Origin: Macrostomum lignano
Lineage: Eukaryota
NCBI GenBank assembly: GCA_002269645.1
Contig: NIVC01001705.1
Span: 62,001 to 126,000 of the forward strand
DNA: 64,000 nt
Reading direction: 5' to 3'
Shown here: piece after piece, positions 12,788 to 41,974 of the stretch
How positions within the stretch are numbered: position 1 is the stretch's first letter
How the letters are laid out: the number at the start of each line of letters is the position of its first letter
Notes under the pieces: generated by a model
Database searches by the model: none
What the model was told of the DNA's origin: nothing
Seen by the model: the letters and a program-made list of their open reading frames with translations, nothing else
Position numbers and translations under genes: made by a program

Positions 12788-15700
12788 CTGTTCATTAGAC
12801 TGTGCTAGCCTGTTCATTTGTTTGTGCTAGCCTGTTCATTAGACTGTGCTAGCCTGTTCATTTGTTTGTGCTAGCCTGTTCATTAGACTGTGCTAGCCTG
12901 TTCATTTGTCTGTGCTAGCCAGTTCATTAGACTGTGCTAGCCAGTTCATTAGACTGTGCTAGCCAGTTCATTAGACTGTGCTAGCCTGTTCATTTGTCTG
13001 TGCTAGCCAGTTCATTAGACTGTGCTAGCCAGTTCATTAGACTGTGCTAGCCTGTTCATTAGACTGTGCTAGCCTGTTCATTAGACTGTGCTAGCTTGTT
13101 CATTAGACTGTGCTAGCCTGTTCATTAGACTGTGCTAGCCAGTTCATTAGACTGTGCTAGCCTGTTCATTAGACTGTGCTAGCCTGTTCATTAGACTGTG
13201 CTAGCCTGTTCATTAGACTGTGCTAGCCTGTTCATTTGTCTGTGCTAGCCAGTTCATTAGACTGTGCTAGCCAGTTCATTAGACTGTGCTAGCCTGTTCA
13301 TTAGACTGTGCTAACCTGTTCATTAGACTGTGCTAGCCTGTTCATTAGACTGTGCTAGCCTGTTCATTAGACTGTGCTAACCAGTTCATTACAAGTAGAC
13401 TGTGCTAGCCTGTTCATTAGACTGTGCTAGCCAGTTCATTAGACTGTGCTAGCCTGTTCATTTGTCTGTGCTAGCCAGTTCATTAGACTGTGCTAGCCTG
13501 TTCATTTGTCTGTGCTAGCCAGTTCATTAGACTGTGCTAGCCAGTTCATTAGACTGTGCTAGCCTGTTCATTAGACTGTGCTAGCCTGTTCATTAGACTG
13601 TGCTAGCCTGTTCATTAGACTGTGCTAACCTGTTCATTAGACTGTGCTAGCCTGTTCATTAGACTGTGCTAGCCTGTTCATTAGACTGTGCTAACCAGTT
13701 CATTACAAGTAGACTGTGCTAGCCTGTTCATTAGACTGTGCTAGCCAGTTCATTACAAGTAGACTGTGCTAGCCTGTTCATTAGACTGTGCTAGCCAGTT
13801 CATTAGACTGTGCTAACCAGTTCATTAGACTGTGCTAGCCTGTTCATTAGACTGTGCTAGCATGTTCATTAGAGTGTGCTAACCTGTTCATTAGACTGTG
13901 CTAGCCTGTTCATTAGACTGTGCTAGCCTGTTCATTAGACTGTGCTAACCAGTTCATTACAAGTAGACTGTGCTAGCCTGTTCATTAGACTGTGCTAGCT
14001 TGTTCATTAGACTGTGCTAGCCTGTTCATTAGACTGTGCTAACCTGTTCATTAGACTGTGCTAACCAGTTCATTAGACTGTGCTAGCCTGTTCATTAGAC
14101 TGTGCTAGCATGTTCATTAGAGTGTGCTAACCTGTTCATTAGACTGTGCTAGCCTGTTCATTAGACTGTGCTAGCCTGTTCATTAGACTGTGCTAGCCTG
14201 TTCATTAGACTGTGCTAGCCTGTTCATTAGACTGTGCTAGCTTGTTCATTAGACTGTGCTAGCCTGTTCATTAGACTGTGCTAACCTGTTCATTAGACTG
14301 TGCTAGCCTGTTCATTAGACTGTGCTAGCCTGTTCATTAGACTGTGCTAGCATGTTCATTAGAGTGTGCTAACCTGTTCATTAGACTGTGCTAGCCTGTT
14401 CATTAGACTGTGCTAGCCAGTTCATTAGACTGTGCTAACCAGTTCATTAGACTGTGCTAGCCAGTTCATTAGACTGTGCTAGCCTGTTCATTAGACTGTG
14501 CTAGCCAGTTCATTAGACTGTGCTAGCCAGTTCATTAGACTGTGCTAGCCTGTTCATTTGTCTGTGCTAGCCTGTTCATTAGACTGTGCTAGCCTGTTCA
14601 TTTGTTTGTGCTAGCCTGTTCATTAGACTGTGCTAGCCTGTTCATTTGTCTGTGCTAGCCAGTTCATTAGACTGTGCTAGCCAGTTCATTAGACTGTGCT
14701 AGCCAGTTCATTAGACTGTGCTAGCCTGTTCATTTGTCTGTGCTAGCCAGTTCATTAGACTGTGCTAGCCAGTTCATTAGACTGTGCTAGCCAGTTCATT
14801 AGACTGTGCTAGCCTGTTCATTAGACTGTGCTAGCTTGTTCATTAGACTGTGCTAGCCTGTTCATTAGACTGTGCTAGCCAGTTCATTAGACTGTGCTAG
14901 CCTGTTCATTAGACTGTGCTAGCCTGTTCATTAGACTGTGCTAGCCTGTTCATTAGACTGTGCTAGACTGTTCATTTGTCTGTGCTAGCCAGTTCATTAG
15001 ACTGTGCTAGCCAGTTCATTAGACTGTGCTAGCCAGTTCATTAGACTGTGCTAGCCTGTTCATTAGACTGTGCTAACCTGTTCATTAGACTGTGCTAGCC
15101 TGTTCATTAGACTGTGCTAGCCTGTTCATTAGACTGTGCTAACCAGTTCATTACAAGTAGACTGTGCTAGCCTGTTCATTAGACTGTGCTAGCCAGTTCA
15201 TTACAAGTAGACTGTGCTAGCCTGTTCATTAGACTGTGCTAGCCAGTTCATTAGACTGTGCTAACCAGTTCATTAGACTGTGCTAGCCTGTTCATTAGAC
15301 TGTGCTAGCATGTTCATTAGAGTGTGCTAACCTGTTCATTAGACTGTGCTAGCCTGTTCATTAGACTGTGCTAGCCTGTTCATTAGACTGTGCTAACCAG
15401 TTCATTACAAGTAGACTGTGCTAGCCTGTTCATTAGACTGTGCTAGCTTGTTCATTAGACTGTGCTAGCCTGTTCATTAGACTGTGCTAACCTGTTCATT
15501 AGACTGTGCTAACCAGTTCATTAGACTGTGCTAGCCTGTTCATTAGACTGTGCTAGCATGTTCATTAGAGTGTGCTAACCTGTTCATTAGACTGTGCTAG
15601 CCTGTTCATTAGACTGTGCTAGCCTGTTCATTAGACTGTGCTAACCAGTTCATTACAAGTAGACTGTGCTAGCCTGTTCATTAGACTGTGCTAGCTTGTT

Positions 15701-16480
15701 CATTAGACTGTGCTAGCCTGTTCATTAGACTGTGCTAACCTGTTCATTAGACTGTGCTAACCAGTTCATTAGACTGTGCTAGCCTGTTCATTAGACTGTG
15801 CTAGCATGTTCATTAGAGTGTGCTAACCTGTTCATTAGACTGTGCTAGCCTGTTCATTAGACTGTGCTAGCCTGTTCATTAGACTGTGCTAACCAGTTCA
15901 TTAGACTGTGCTAGCCTGTTCATTAGACTGTGCTAGCTTGTTCATTAGACTGTGCTAGCCAGTTCATTAGACTGTGCTAGCCAGTTCATTAGACTGTGCT
16001 AACCAGTTCATTAGACTGTGCTAGCCAGTTCATTAGACTGTGCTAGCCTGTTCATTAGACTGTGCTAGCCAGTTCATTAGACTGTGCTAGCCAGTTCATT
16101 AGACTGTGCTAGCCAGTTCATTAGACTGTGCTAGCCAGTTCATTAGACTGTGCTAGCCTGTTCATTTGTCTGTGCTAGCCAGTTCATTAGACTGTGCTAG
16201 CCTGTTCATTAGACTGTGCTAGCATGTTCATTAGACTGTGCTAGCCTGTTCATTAGACTGTGCTAACCAGTTCATTACAAGTAGACTGTGCTAGCCTGTT
16301 CATTAGACTGTGCTAGCCTGTTCATTAGACTGTGCTAGCCTGTTCATTAGACTGTGCTAGCCTGTTCATTAGACTGTGCTAGCCTGTTCATTAGACTGTG
16401 CTAGCCAGTTCATTAGACGTGCTAGCCTGTTCATTAGACTGTGCTAGCCTGTTCATTAGACTGTGCTAGCCTGTTCATTA
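12788..16480. repeat. 3.7-kb 22-bp satellite (ACTGTGCTAGCCTGTTCATTAG)n with higher-order structure
   Basis: About 165 units; recurrent variants (CCAG, CTAA, TTTGTC, ACAAGTAG insertion). Confidence 0.97.
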
Positions 16481-17100
16481 GGTCTCAACAGATGCTTCAG
16501 TTGCCTACGGATTTGCATATAAAACCAAGCAGACCAGCTTTCCACAGAGTTTTGACTTTGTCACGATGTGGTAAACGGTTGCACCTGAGCAATTATTTTA
16601 CTGTTTGCCCACGCAAGCAAAGTAAGGTGAAGAGGCTTAAGGGTTTCTCCCTACGGCTGGGGCACTGTAACAATATGGGAAGCTGCCGCACTTTTCCTGA
16701 TGAGCCAAGCAAAAATCGATCACTACAGGGAGTCACCTGCCTCGGAGGCTGGAGGGAGATCGGCATGTGCACCATTTAGTGAAACAAAGTTGCAGTCCAT
16801 CAAGCAAAACAGCTTTTTATTGCTAATTACTACAGCATGATAGTACTAATGCTCAAGGTAGTCAAATCCCAAAAAAAGTTAGCCCGCCGAGCAAAGGAAT
16901 GGAGTAACTCTATCTTGCCGTGGCACGACACCGAACAAAGGAAGGAATAAAAAAGTGATAGCATAAAGAACATGATACGAATGCTTTTTGTTGAATTACA
17001 CATCAGGCCTTGGGCAGTGAGGAGGCAAGCCGTCACGCTCAAAGATACGCTTCCAGGCACAACGCTCCCGTAGGGTGTACAAAGGCCCTGACTTTCTCAG

Positions 17101-17224
17101 AGGGGTTGTAGCCTAGTGGTGAGAGCGTCGGACTCATGACTGAAAGGTCGAGGGTTCGATTCCCGATCCACTCGGAATAGTTAATGTCATTGAGCAAGCT
17201 GAGCTGTCGGTTGCACATCTGCCC
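17101..17224 (+). mobile_element. tRNA-derived SINE, internally deleted copy
   Basis: A box TAGCCTAGTGG and B box GGTTCGATTCC, then TTGAGCAAG joined directly to the 3' segment CTGAGCTGTCGGTTGCACATCTGCCC shared with the copies at 27.4 and 33.0 kb. Confidence 0.8.
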
Positions 17225-17225
17225 G

Positions 17226-18120
17226 TTAGATATTAGAGATATTTGCTTAGAGATTAGAGATCTGTGATTAGAGATTAGAGATCTGTGATTAGAAATTAGA
17301 GATCTGTGATTAGAGATCTGTGATTAAAGATTAGAGATTTGTGATTAGAGATCTGTTTAAAGATCTGTGATTAGAGATCTGTGATTAGAGATCTGTTTAA
17401 AGATCTGTGATTAGAGATCTGTGATTAGAGATCTGTTTAAAGATCTGTGATTAGAGATCTGTGATTAGAGATCTGTTTAAAGATCTGTGATTAGAGATCT
17501 GTGATTAGAGATCTGTGATTAGAGATCTGTGATTAGAGATTAGAGATATGTGATTAGAGATCTGTGATTAGAAATTAGAGATTTGTGATTAGAAATTTGT
17601 GATTAGAGATTAGAGATCTGTGATTAGAGATTAGAGATATGTGATTAGAGATCTGTGATAAGAAATTAGAGATCTGTGATTAGAGATCTGTGATTAGAAA
17701 TTAGAGATATGTGATTAGAGATCTGTGATAAGAAATTAGAGATATGTGATTAGAGATCTGTGATTAGAGATTAGAGATCTGTGATTGGAGATCTGTGATT
17801 AGAGATCTGTGATTAGAGATCTGTGATTAGAGATCTGTGATTAGAGATCTGTGATTAGAGATCTGTGATTAGAGATCTGTGATTAGAGATCTGTGATTAG
17901 AGATCTGTGATTAGAGATATGTGATTAGAGATCTGTGATAAGAAATTAGAGATCTGTGATTAGAGATCTGTGATTAGAGATCTGTGATAAGAAATTAGAG
18001 ATCTGTGATTAGAGATCTGTGATTAGAGATCTGTGATAAGAAATTAGAGATCTGTGATTAGAGATCTGTGATTAGAAATTTGTTATTAGAGATTAGAGAT
18101 CTGTGATTAGAGATTAGAGA
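17226..18120. repeat. 14-bp minisatellite (GATTAGAGATCTGT)n
   Basis: Period 14 (17821, 17835); begins immediately after the SINE. Confidence 0.95.
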
Positions 18121-18825
18121 ACTCTTCAAAGATGCACACACATTGCGTCGATTTTTCGTCGATTTAAAATCGTATACAAAAGGCCCCGGTTTAGAACGAG
18201 CACGAGGACATCTACAAGTGCAGGCCAACCAACCACTGAGACTCAGAAACCGCCGTTCTGCGGCTTTGGGGCTGCTCAACACAGGGGCAGGAAGGGCAAC
18301 TGCGACTGGAAAAGTGAGACGGGCCTGAAGTGTGCGGAGCAGAAGGGATTGGCGGGTTGGGATTTTGCAGATAGAGGGGGAGAGAGCGGAGAAGCACCGA
18401 GAACCCCCCCCCCCCTAGTCCAGCAATCGCGAAGTGAAGAGCGCACAAAAACGAAGACGACAACCTGAAAAATTGGAAGAGCCGAAAAGAAATCAGTTTG
18501 CCAGTCATCGCCGACTGGAGCGCACTTTTGGCCACTTGCTGCCGGCCGCTCCCTCCTGGCAATCCACTTTTCCCGACAGCGCTTCTCCCCCGCGGCGCCC
18601 AAAACTGTTCGAACAAGGGGAAAAACTTCCCTCTTTTTCGTCCCCCCGCCTGGCGCCAGTTCATTTCAACACCAGGGCCAGCCAAGTTCGAGTCTGAGCT
18701 GACGAGAAACAAGAAAAAAGCCAAATGCCAGTCTTCGCTGCGGTCTGTCAACTACTTGCTGAAAGCTGCCTGACGCCACTGTGACTCCCGAGTCAAACAA
18801 CGGCAGATTGACCCGCAGACACTAA

Positions 18826-35945
<17,120 letters not shown>

Positions 35946-36575
35946 TACGCGCGTAGAGATAGTCGCGCACAACGTGACACCGAATCTCCCTCTCTCTGAG
36001 TTCGATATCTTCCTTGCGTTCTTATTTTCATTCTGTACACGTAGGAAGCTCACGGAACTGGTTAAATCCAGGGGCCTTCATGTCTGCGCAAGTACAATTG
36101 GAAAGGGAGGATCGTTCAGTACTTTCATCTGAGGCAACGCACATGCCCGCACTGATGCCGACTGTAACATTATAGTCACTGCACTCAAACTGTGAATTAA
36201 CACTTTCGCTGAGCACCTCCGTCCCCCGCCCGTGAAAATGCAGGATATTTTTTGTTATATCATATCATTTTTGTCTTAACTTTTAACACTATCAATCTAT
36301 GCAAATAATTTGACCGGTAATCAAAATGAAGCGATCATAACACATTCTCTTTAAATAATGTGTTATTTTTAATATTATAGCATCATTTCGCAATGCCTTT
36401 GTGTGATGCTTATGTACATGTACTTAAGCAGTTAGCTAAATTTTGGAACTTTTGTGACTATTTGTTTTTCAAATTCATGCGCAACCGTAGGGGTCTCAAA
36501 AAAGGGCACAGAACAAATGGACCTCTCTGAGATATGTTACACAATCTTTATTCAAGGTTCAAGCAGTCCAACTTT

Positions 36576-37724
36576 CAGTCAACTCCAACTACCATTCCCA
36601 ACCCCAGCTAGATAACTTTGTAGTCGTCGTTTAACTGGGTGAGAAGGTTATCGATTTTATTGCCTTGCCGGTCAGTCAACTCCAACTACCATTCCTAACC
36701 CCTGCTAGATAACTTTGTAGTCGTCGTTTAACTGGGTGAGAAGGTTATCGATTTTATTGCCTTGCCGGTCAGTCAACTCCAACTACCATTCCTAACCCCT
36801 GCTAGATAACTTTGTAGTCGTCGTTTAACTGGGTGAGAAGGTTATCGATTTTATTGCCTTGCCGGTCAGTCAACTCCAACTACCATTCCTAACCCCTGCT
36901 AGATAACTTTGTAGTCGTCGTTTAACTGGGTGAGAAGGTTATCGATTTTATTGCCTTGCCGGTCAGTCAACTCCAACTACCATTCCTAACCCCTGCTAGA
37001 TAACTTTGTAGTCGTCGTTTAACTGGGTGAGAAGGTTATCGATTTTATTGCCTTGCCGGTCAGTCAACTCCAACTACCATTCCTAACCCCTGCTAGATAA
37101 CTTTGTAGTCGTCGTTTAACTGGGTGAGAAGGTTATCGATTTTATTGCCTTGCCGGTCAGTCAACTCCAACTACCATTCCTAACCCCTGCTAGATAACTT
37201 TGTAGTCGTCGTTTAACTGGGTGAGAATGTTATCGATTTTATTGGCTTGCCGGTCAGTCAACTATAACTCCCTTTCCTAACCCCGGCTAGATAACTTTGT
37301 AGTCGTCGTTTAACTGGGTGAGAATGTTATCGATTTTATTGGCTTGCCGGTCAGTCAACTATAACTCCCTTTCCTAACCCCGGCTAGATAACTTTCTAGT
37401 CGTCGTTTAACTGGGTGAGAATGTTATCGATTTTATTGCCTTGCCGGTCAGTCAACTCCAACTACCATTCCTAACCCCTGCTAGATAACTTTGTAGTCGT
37501 CGTTTAACTGGGTGAGAAGGTTATCGATTTTATTGCCTTGCCGGTCAGTCAACTCCAACTACCATTCCTAACCCCTGCTAGATAACTTTGTAGTCGTCGT
37601 TTAACTGGGTGAGAATGTTATCGATTTTATTGGCTTGCCGGTCAGTCAACTATAACTCCCTTTCCTAACCCCGGCTAGATAACTTTGTAGTCGTCGTTTA
37701 ACTGGGTGAGAATGTTATCGATTT
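36576..37724. repeat. 97-bp tandem repeat, ~12 copies, two sequence variants
   Basis: CAGTCAACT recurs at 36576, 36673, 36770 and onward; no unique spacers. Confidence 0.96.
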
Positions 37725-38337
37725 ATATGTAACAAAACAGCTGTTATTCCTCTATCAATAGTATTTTCTTCTAAATTAATCAATATCTTACTCATGTTGG
37801 ATTTTTTGCTGATGAAATATAAAAAAGTTTTTAAGTTCCAGTTTCCTTCTGTCGCTATAAGTCAAAGTACCAATTACTGTGATTATTCTAAAATTAATTT
37901 TCAGACAGTTATGCAAAGAGCATATTTTTGTTTACATTATTAACATTAATCCATGTGTCAGATTTTCAAAAGAAAACGCTCACTCACCAAAACAAGATGT
38001 TTTGCATAGATTTTCGCTGTCACCCACTGCAGAATTTTTTATTGAATATTTCTTCACGTTATTCCAACTTAGAATCATTAATACAAGAAATAAAACAAAT
38101 AACTAACTTTATTTACGACCCCCTATATTCAGAAGACATGCTTAAACTAATCATACATGATGGACAGAAACGATTGACTAATAAAAATATTTTTAATTCC
38201 TCTTAGTTATAAATTTTTGCTCCATCGTTAAAGTTTTTGTTTTCTTCCCTGTTGGGCCCCGAATTGTAAATTTATTTCGATTTCTCCAGTCAGCGCCAGA
38301 CGTTTAATTTTCTATTCTCGATGAGACGCGTGAGAAA

Positions 38338-39107
38338 AGAAAGCTTAATATCAACATTTGAATATGATTGCAATTTCTAACAACTTCAACGCGTTTCGCA
38401 CGCCATGGTGCATCGTCAGGATTTTATTAGAACGATTTGAGAAATTGAGATTGAAAGCGATTGATTAAATATTGGTTTTTGCAACGTACACAGGTAAGGA
38501 GGGTAAGATTGAAAACAATTGATTACAACTTGGCTTTAACAACATACATAGGTATAGTACCTGGTAGGTAGGAGAGAGAATTATAGATTGAGATTGAAAG
38601 TTAAACCAAATGTACACAATGCTTGTCCAGTGGTCAAAAGGCAGAATCAGGGGCGGTGAGATTTGGGGTCAACACCCAATTACAACATAGTGGTGCAGGT
38701 CACGTTCTCCGCGTTTTCTGAACAGTGAGTGACACAGTTGTGCACGCTGTGTACACTTAGCTTGACGTTCAATTACCTAAGCTAGCTACCGCCCCTGATT
38801 CTGCCTTTTGACCACTGGACAAGCATTGTGTACATTTGGTTTAACTTTCAATCTCAATCTATAATTCTCTCTCCTACCTACCAGGTACTATACCTATGTA
38901 TGTTGTTAAAGCCAAGTTGTAATCAATTGTTTTCAATCTTACCCTCCTTACCTGTGTACGTTGCAAAAACCAATATTTAATCAATCGCTTTCAATCTCAA
39001 TTTCTCAAATCGTTCTAATAAAATCCTGACGATGCACCATGGCGTGCGAAACGCGTTGAAGTTGTTAGAAATTGCAATCATATTCAAATGTTGATATTAA
39101 GCTTTCT
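38338..39107. repeat. Long inverted repeat: 320-bp arms (38338-38657 and 38788-39107) with a 130-bp spacer
   Basis: The right arm reads as the reverse complement of the left arm throughout; no mismatch seen by eye. Confidence 0.93.
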
Positions 39108-39309
39108 ATTTATTCTTCTCGCCAAGCGAGCGACTCTACCAGCATTCTACGTGAGAAAAGAATTTATTTAAAATAAAGCTTCAACATTTACCACGTGTCG
39201 CATCCGTTTGTCAGTCGAAAGTGATCCACAGAAAATTTTGCTTGTATCCAAAGTTAATTTCACAAGGACAAAGAAAATTTATTAGTGACATGCAGTTACA
39301 TATATGAAC

Positions 39310-40297
39310 TAACTTGACTTAGCTGCAGGGTGGTCCGTAGACACAGCGGGAAGGCAAGGGTCGCCCATCCCGCTAGCCCCTGAAGGCCCGCAGACAGGCA
39401 GAGGCGTGGGGCCGGTCAGGGTGGTCCGCCTGTTCCGTATACAGTGGTCTTCGGAAGAAAGGGCAATGACAGACAAAGTGCTGAGCATATTCGTTGTCGT
39501 ATTCGCAAAAAGGGCAAAGTTAATTCTCAAGGTCGCCTTTGAGAAGTGCCTGGAGAGGTAGCCTTGACCGGTACATGTAAGGGTCATGACAAGGGCGCGC
39601 GAATATCCTTCCGATTTTGGTTGAGAAGGATGTTCCTGAAACTGCAAGAGCTGGACACGGAACCGCGGCAGTTCTGGGTGCCCGCCCATCTGTCCCTATG
39701 AAGGGAATCAGCCCAGTAATTGACCGTGTAGAAGGAATGGGGACAAGTGGCTCAGGGCCTATATAGGAAGGAGCCAGAGCCGCCCCTCTTGATTAGTGTC
39801 TGCCAACTCGTTCCCCGGAAAGCCTGCGTGCGCCCTGGGATCCACTTCAGCCCGACAGTATTGCTACTGGCTAGGAGGGTGATCTGCCGGGTGCAGTCAG
39901 CGACTGTCCGGGAGCTCGTAGTGGGTGTGGACGGCGCTGCTCTGGAAGCGCATGTGGGTCTTGAAGTCCTGGGCGATCTCGCGGACCAGGCGCTGGAAGG
40001 GCATCTTGTGGATCAGCTCGGTGCTCTTCTGGTAGCGACGGATCTCGCGGAGGCGGGAGAGCCACGGGTGGCAAAGGACCTGTAAGGCACGCTTGGCTGT
40101 CAGAGTGGATGACGATTGCCTCTCATCTCGTACCCGTGGCATCCAGCGCTGCGGCGCAGGAGCTGATAGCAAAGACTTCATTCTGGAAGATCGTTTGAGA
40201 ATCTGCCAGTGTGCTGGGCATGCTTGGCAACGACTCGGCCTTTGATTATGATACATACCCCAAAAACCGGCGTAGCCGTCTTTGATGGATCTGTACT
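39310..40297 (-). mobile_element. Decayed non-LTR retrotransposon 3' fragment (RNase H + C-terminal region), related to the element at 183-1719
   Basis: Minus strand, across frameshifts: TDPSK...[20 protein letters not shown]...[13 protein letters not shown]...[18 protein letters not shown] / [37 protein letters not shown]...IGPEPLVPIP...TGQGYLSRHF. Aligns with YTDGS...GFGVGIFLNGRVIATHAQYTG...VFQNEVLAISSC of the first element. Confidence 0.88.
39930..40053 (-). pseudogene. H3: Histone H3 internal fragment (residues ~48-89), inserted in the retrotransposon
   Basis: [41 protein letters not shown] versus canonical [42 protein letters not shown]; no N- or C-terminus. Confidence 0.93.
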
Positions 40298-40299
40298 AG

Positions 40300-40625
40300 A
40301 CATCACAAAGCTACTCAGACATTACAGAGCTACCCAGGCATCACAGAGCTACTCAGACATTACAGAGCTACCCAGGCATCACAAAGCTACTCAGACATTA
40401 CAGAGCTACCCAGGCATCACAAAGCTACTCAGACATTACAGAGCTACCCAGGCATCACAAAGCTACTCAGACATTACAGAGCTACCCAGGCATCACAGAG
40501 CTACTCAGACATTACAGAGCTACCCAGGCATCACAAAGCTACTCAGACACAAGTCAACAGAGCTACTCAGACATTACAGAGGTACTCAGACATCACAGAG
40601 CTACTCAGACATTACAGAGCTACTG
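40300..40625. repeat. 38-bp minisatellite made of two related 19-bp subunits
   Basis: CATCACAAAGCTACTCAGA alternates with CATTACAGAGCTACCCAGG; period 38 (40321, 40359); abuts the 5'-truncated end of the LINE fragment. Confidence 0.93.
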
Positions 40626-41743
40626 AGATACCTGTAACAGGTTGATAAAATAAGTCAAAACTGAAAGCAGAGTGTTTGTTGACCACTGCAAAGTGTGTTA
40701 GACGTAGTAAATCAGTTTTTTTAGTCAAAATGATTAATATTGCATAGAGCGCTGAGCTGTTTAGTACTGGGTGTGAGGTGTCCGCGTGGTGAGAAAGTAG
40801 CATAGAAATATTTTATTCAGTTTTTTTTGGAATTAGTTAGTTGTTTTTCGATTCGCAAGGACAACAATTGTAGTACTAGGCCTGCTTTACGAGTTAGTGT
40901 CTGGAAAATAGTCATACTCGTAGCAAAAAGACAGAAATTAAAGCAGAATATTTTGCAGTCAATATTAAGCAACAAAAATATTGGAATCAAAATTTCCTAA
41001 CTGATTGATAAAGCAAAGTCAGAGCCCGTAATGCATTTAAAAGCTGACGAAAAACACATTAAAACAAAAAGGCAAGCATTAAAAGCAATTGATTACTAAA
41101 AATAGAACTCATGTATGAAGCTTTTTGCTTTTCTTTAGAACTAAGAACATTCGATCGTACTGAAGATAAAATTGAAAGTTTCAACAAGCAGAACAGAAAG
41201 TTTTTTAAGGGAAAAGTTATACTATTATTATTTGAGTTCATTTTTTAATATGCAAAATGTTAATATTTATATATTAAAGTTTTATATTAAAGCATGAAAT
41301 AAATATTTCTTATGCTTTTTTTCAATATTCAGGGACAATGGACAATGGTGTCCAAGTGAATATTACTATCTAATAAAATAATTATTTTAGTATTGGGAAA
41401 CCAAATTTAAGTGCAAAATAATTTGCTTGGTGTTAATGGGACTGGTACAATAGATTAGAATTTAATTATTCAGAGTAAATTATTCAATCAATTTCTAGTA
41501 AGACATCGATATTACTTTTAGAGAATCGGGCTAAGAAACCAAACTACAAGATTTTAAAGGACAATCCAGGAAAAAACTTAAATCAGATTAGCACAGATGC
41601 GGGACAGATTTACAGGACAAACTGGTAAGCAAAATATAAATTAATAGTAAGGTAAAACAGAAAAAACAACAGATAGCTATGAGTTTTATGCGCAACACTG
41701 ACTACTATGCTCAGTATATTAGCAATCGCAGCCCAAGACTAAA

Positions 41744-41974
41744 TCAGTCTACAATTGGGTCTTTAATGATTACGTCGGAGGTGCCGGGGGTGGCGGAGCC
41801 TTCAGGGACGCTACAACTTCCGGGATAGATTGGCAGCATGGGCTGGGTTTGAGATGTGACGATGTTGTCCAGCTTGCCCATGCGCATGTTGTACAGGGTG
41901 TCCTTGGGAGGGCCCCAGTCTGTGCTGGGCCGCAGCAGGTAGCGGATTCGCTCCAGTAGACTTCCCTTGCCAAC
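41744..41974 (-). CDS. SLC6 terminal exon
   Basis: Acceptor ACAACCAG|GTT; [23 protein letters not shown]...KDPIVD*, TGA at 41746-41744. Confidence 0.85.
   Translation of the reverse strand, partial: VGKGSLLERIRYLLRPSTDWGPPKDTLYNMRMGKLDNIVTSQTQPMLPIYPGSCSVPEGSATPGTSDVIIKDPIVD

Noticed and set aside
17102-17172. tRNA-Met-like gene (CAT in the anticodon-like loop)
   Set aside because: Acceptor and T stems do not pair properly, and the sequence continues into SINE body shared with two other copies.
36576-37724. CRISPR-like regular array
   Set aside because: Units are full tandem copies without unique spacers; no cas genes; eukaryotic context.
39897-40256. Functional histone H3 variant gene (119-aa ORF)
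   Set aside because: Only residues ~48-89 are H3; the flanks are out-of-frame retrotransposon RNase H sequence.
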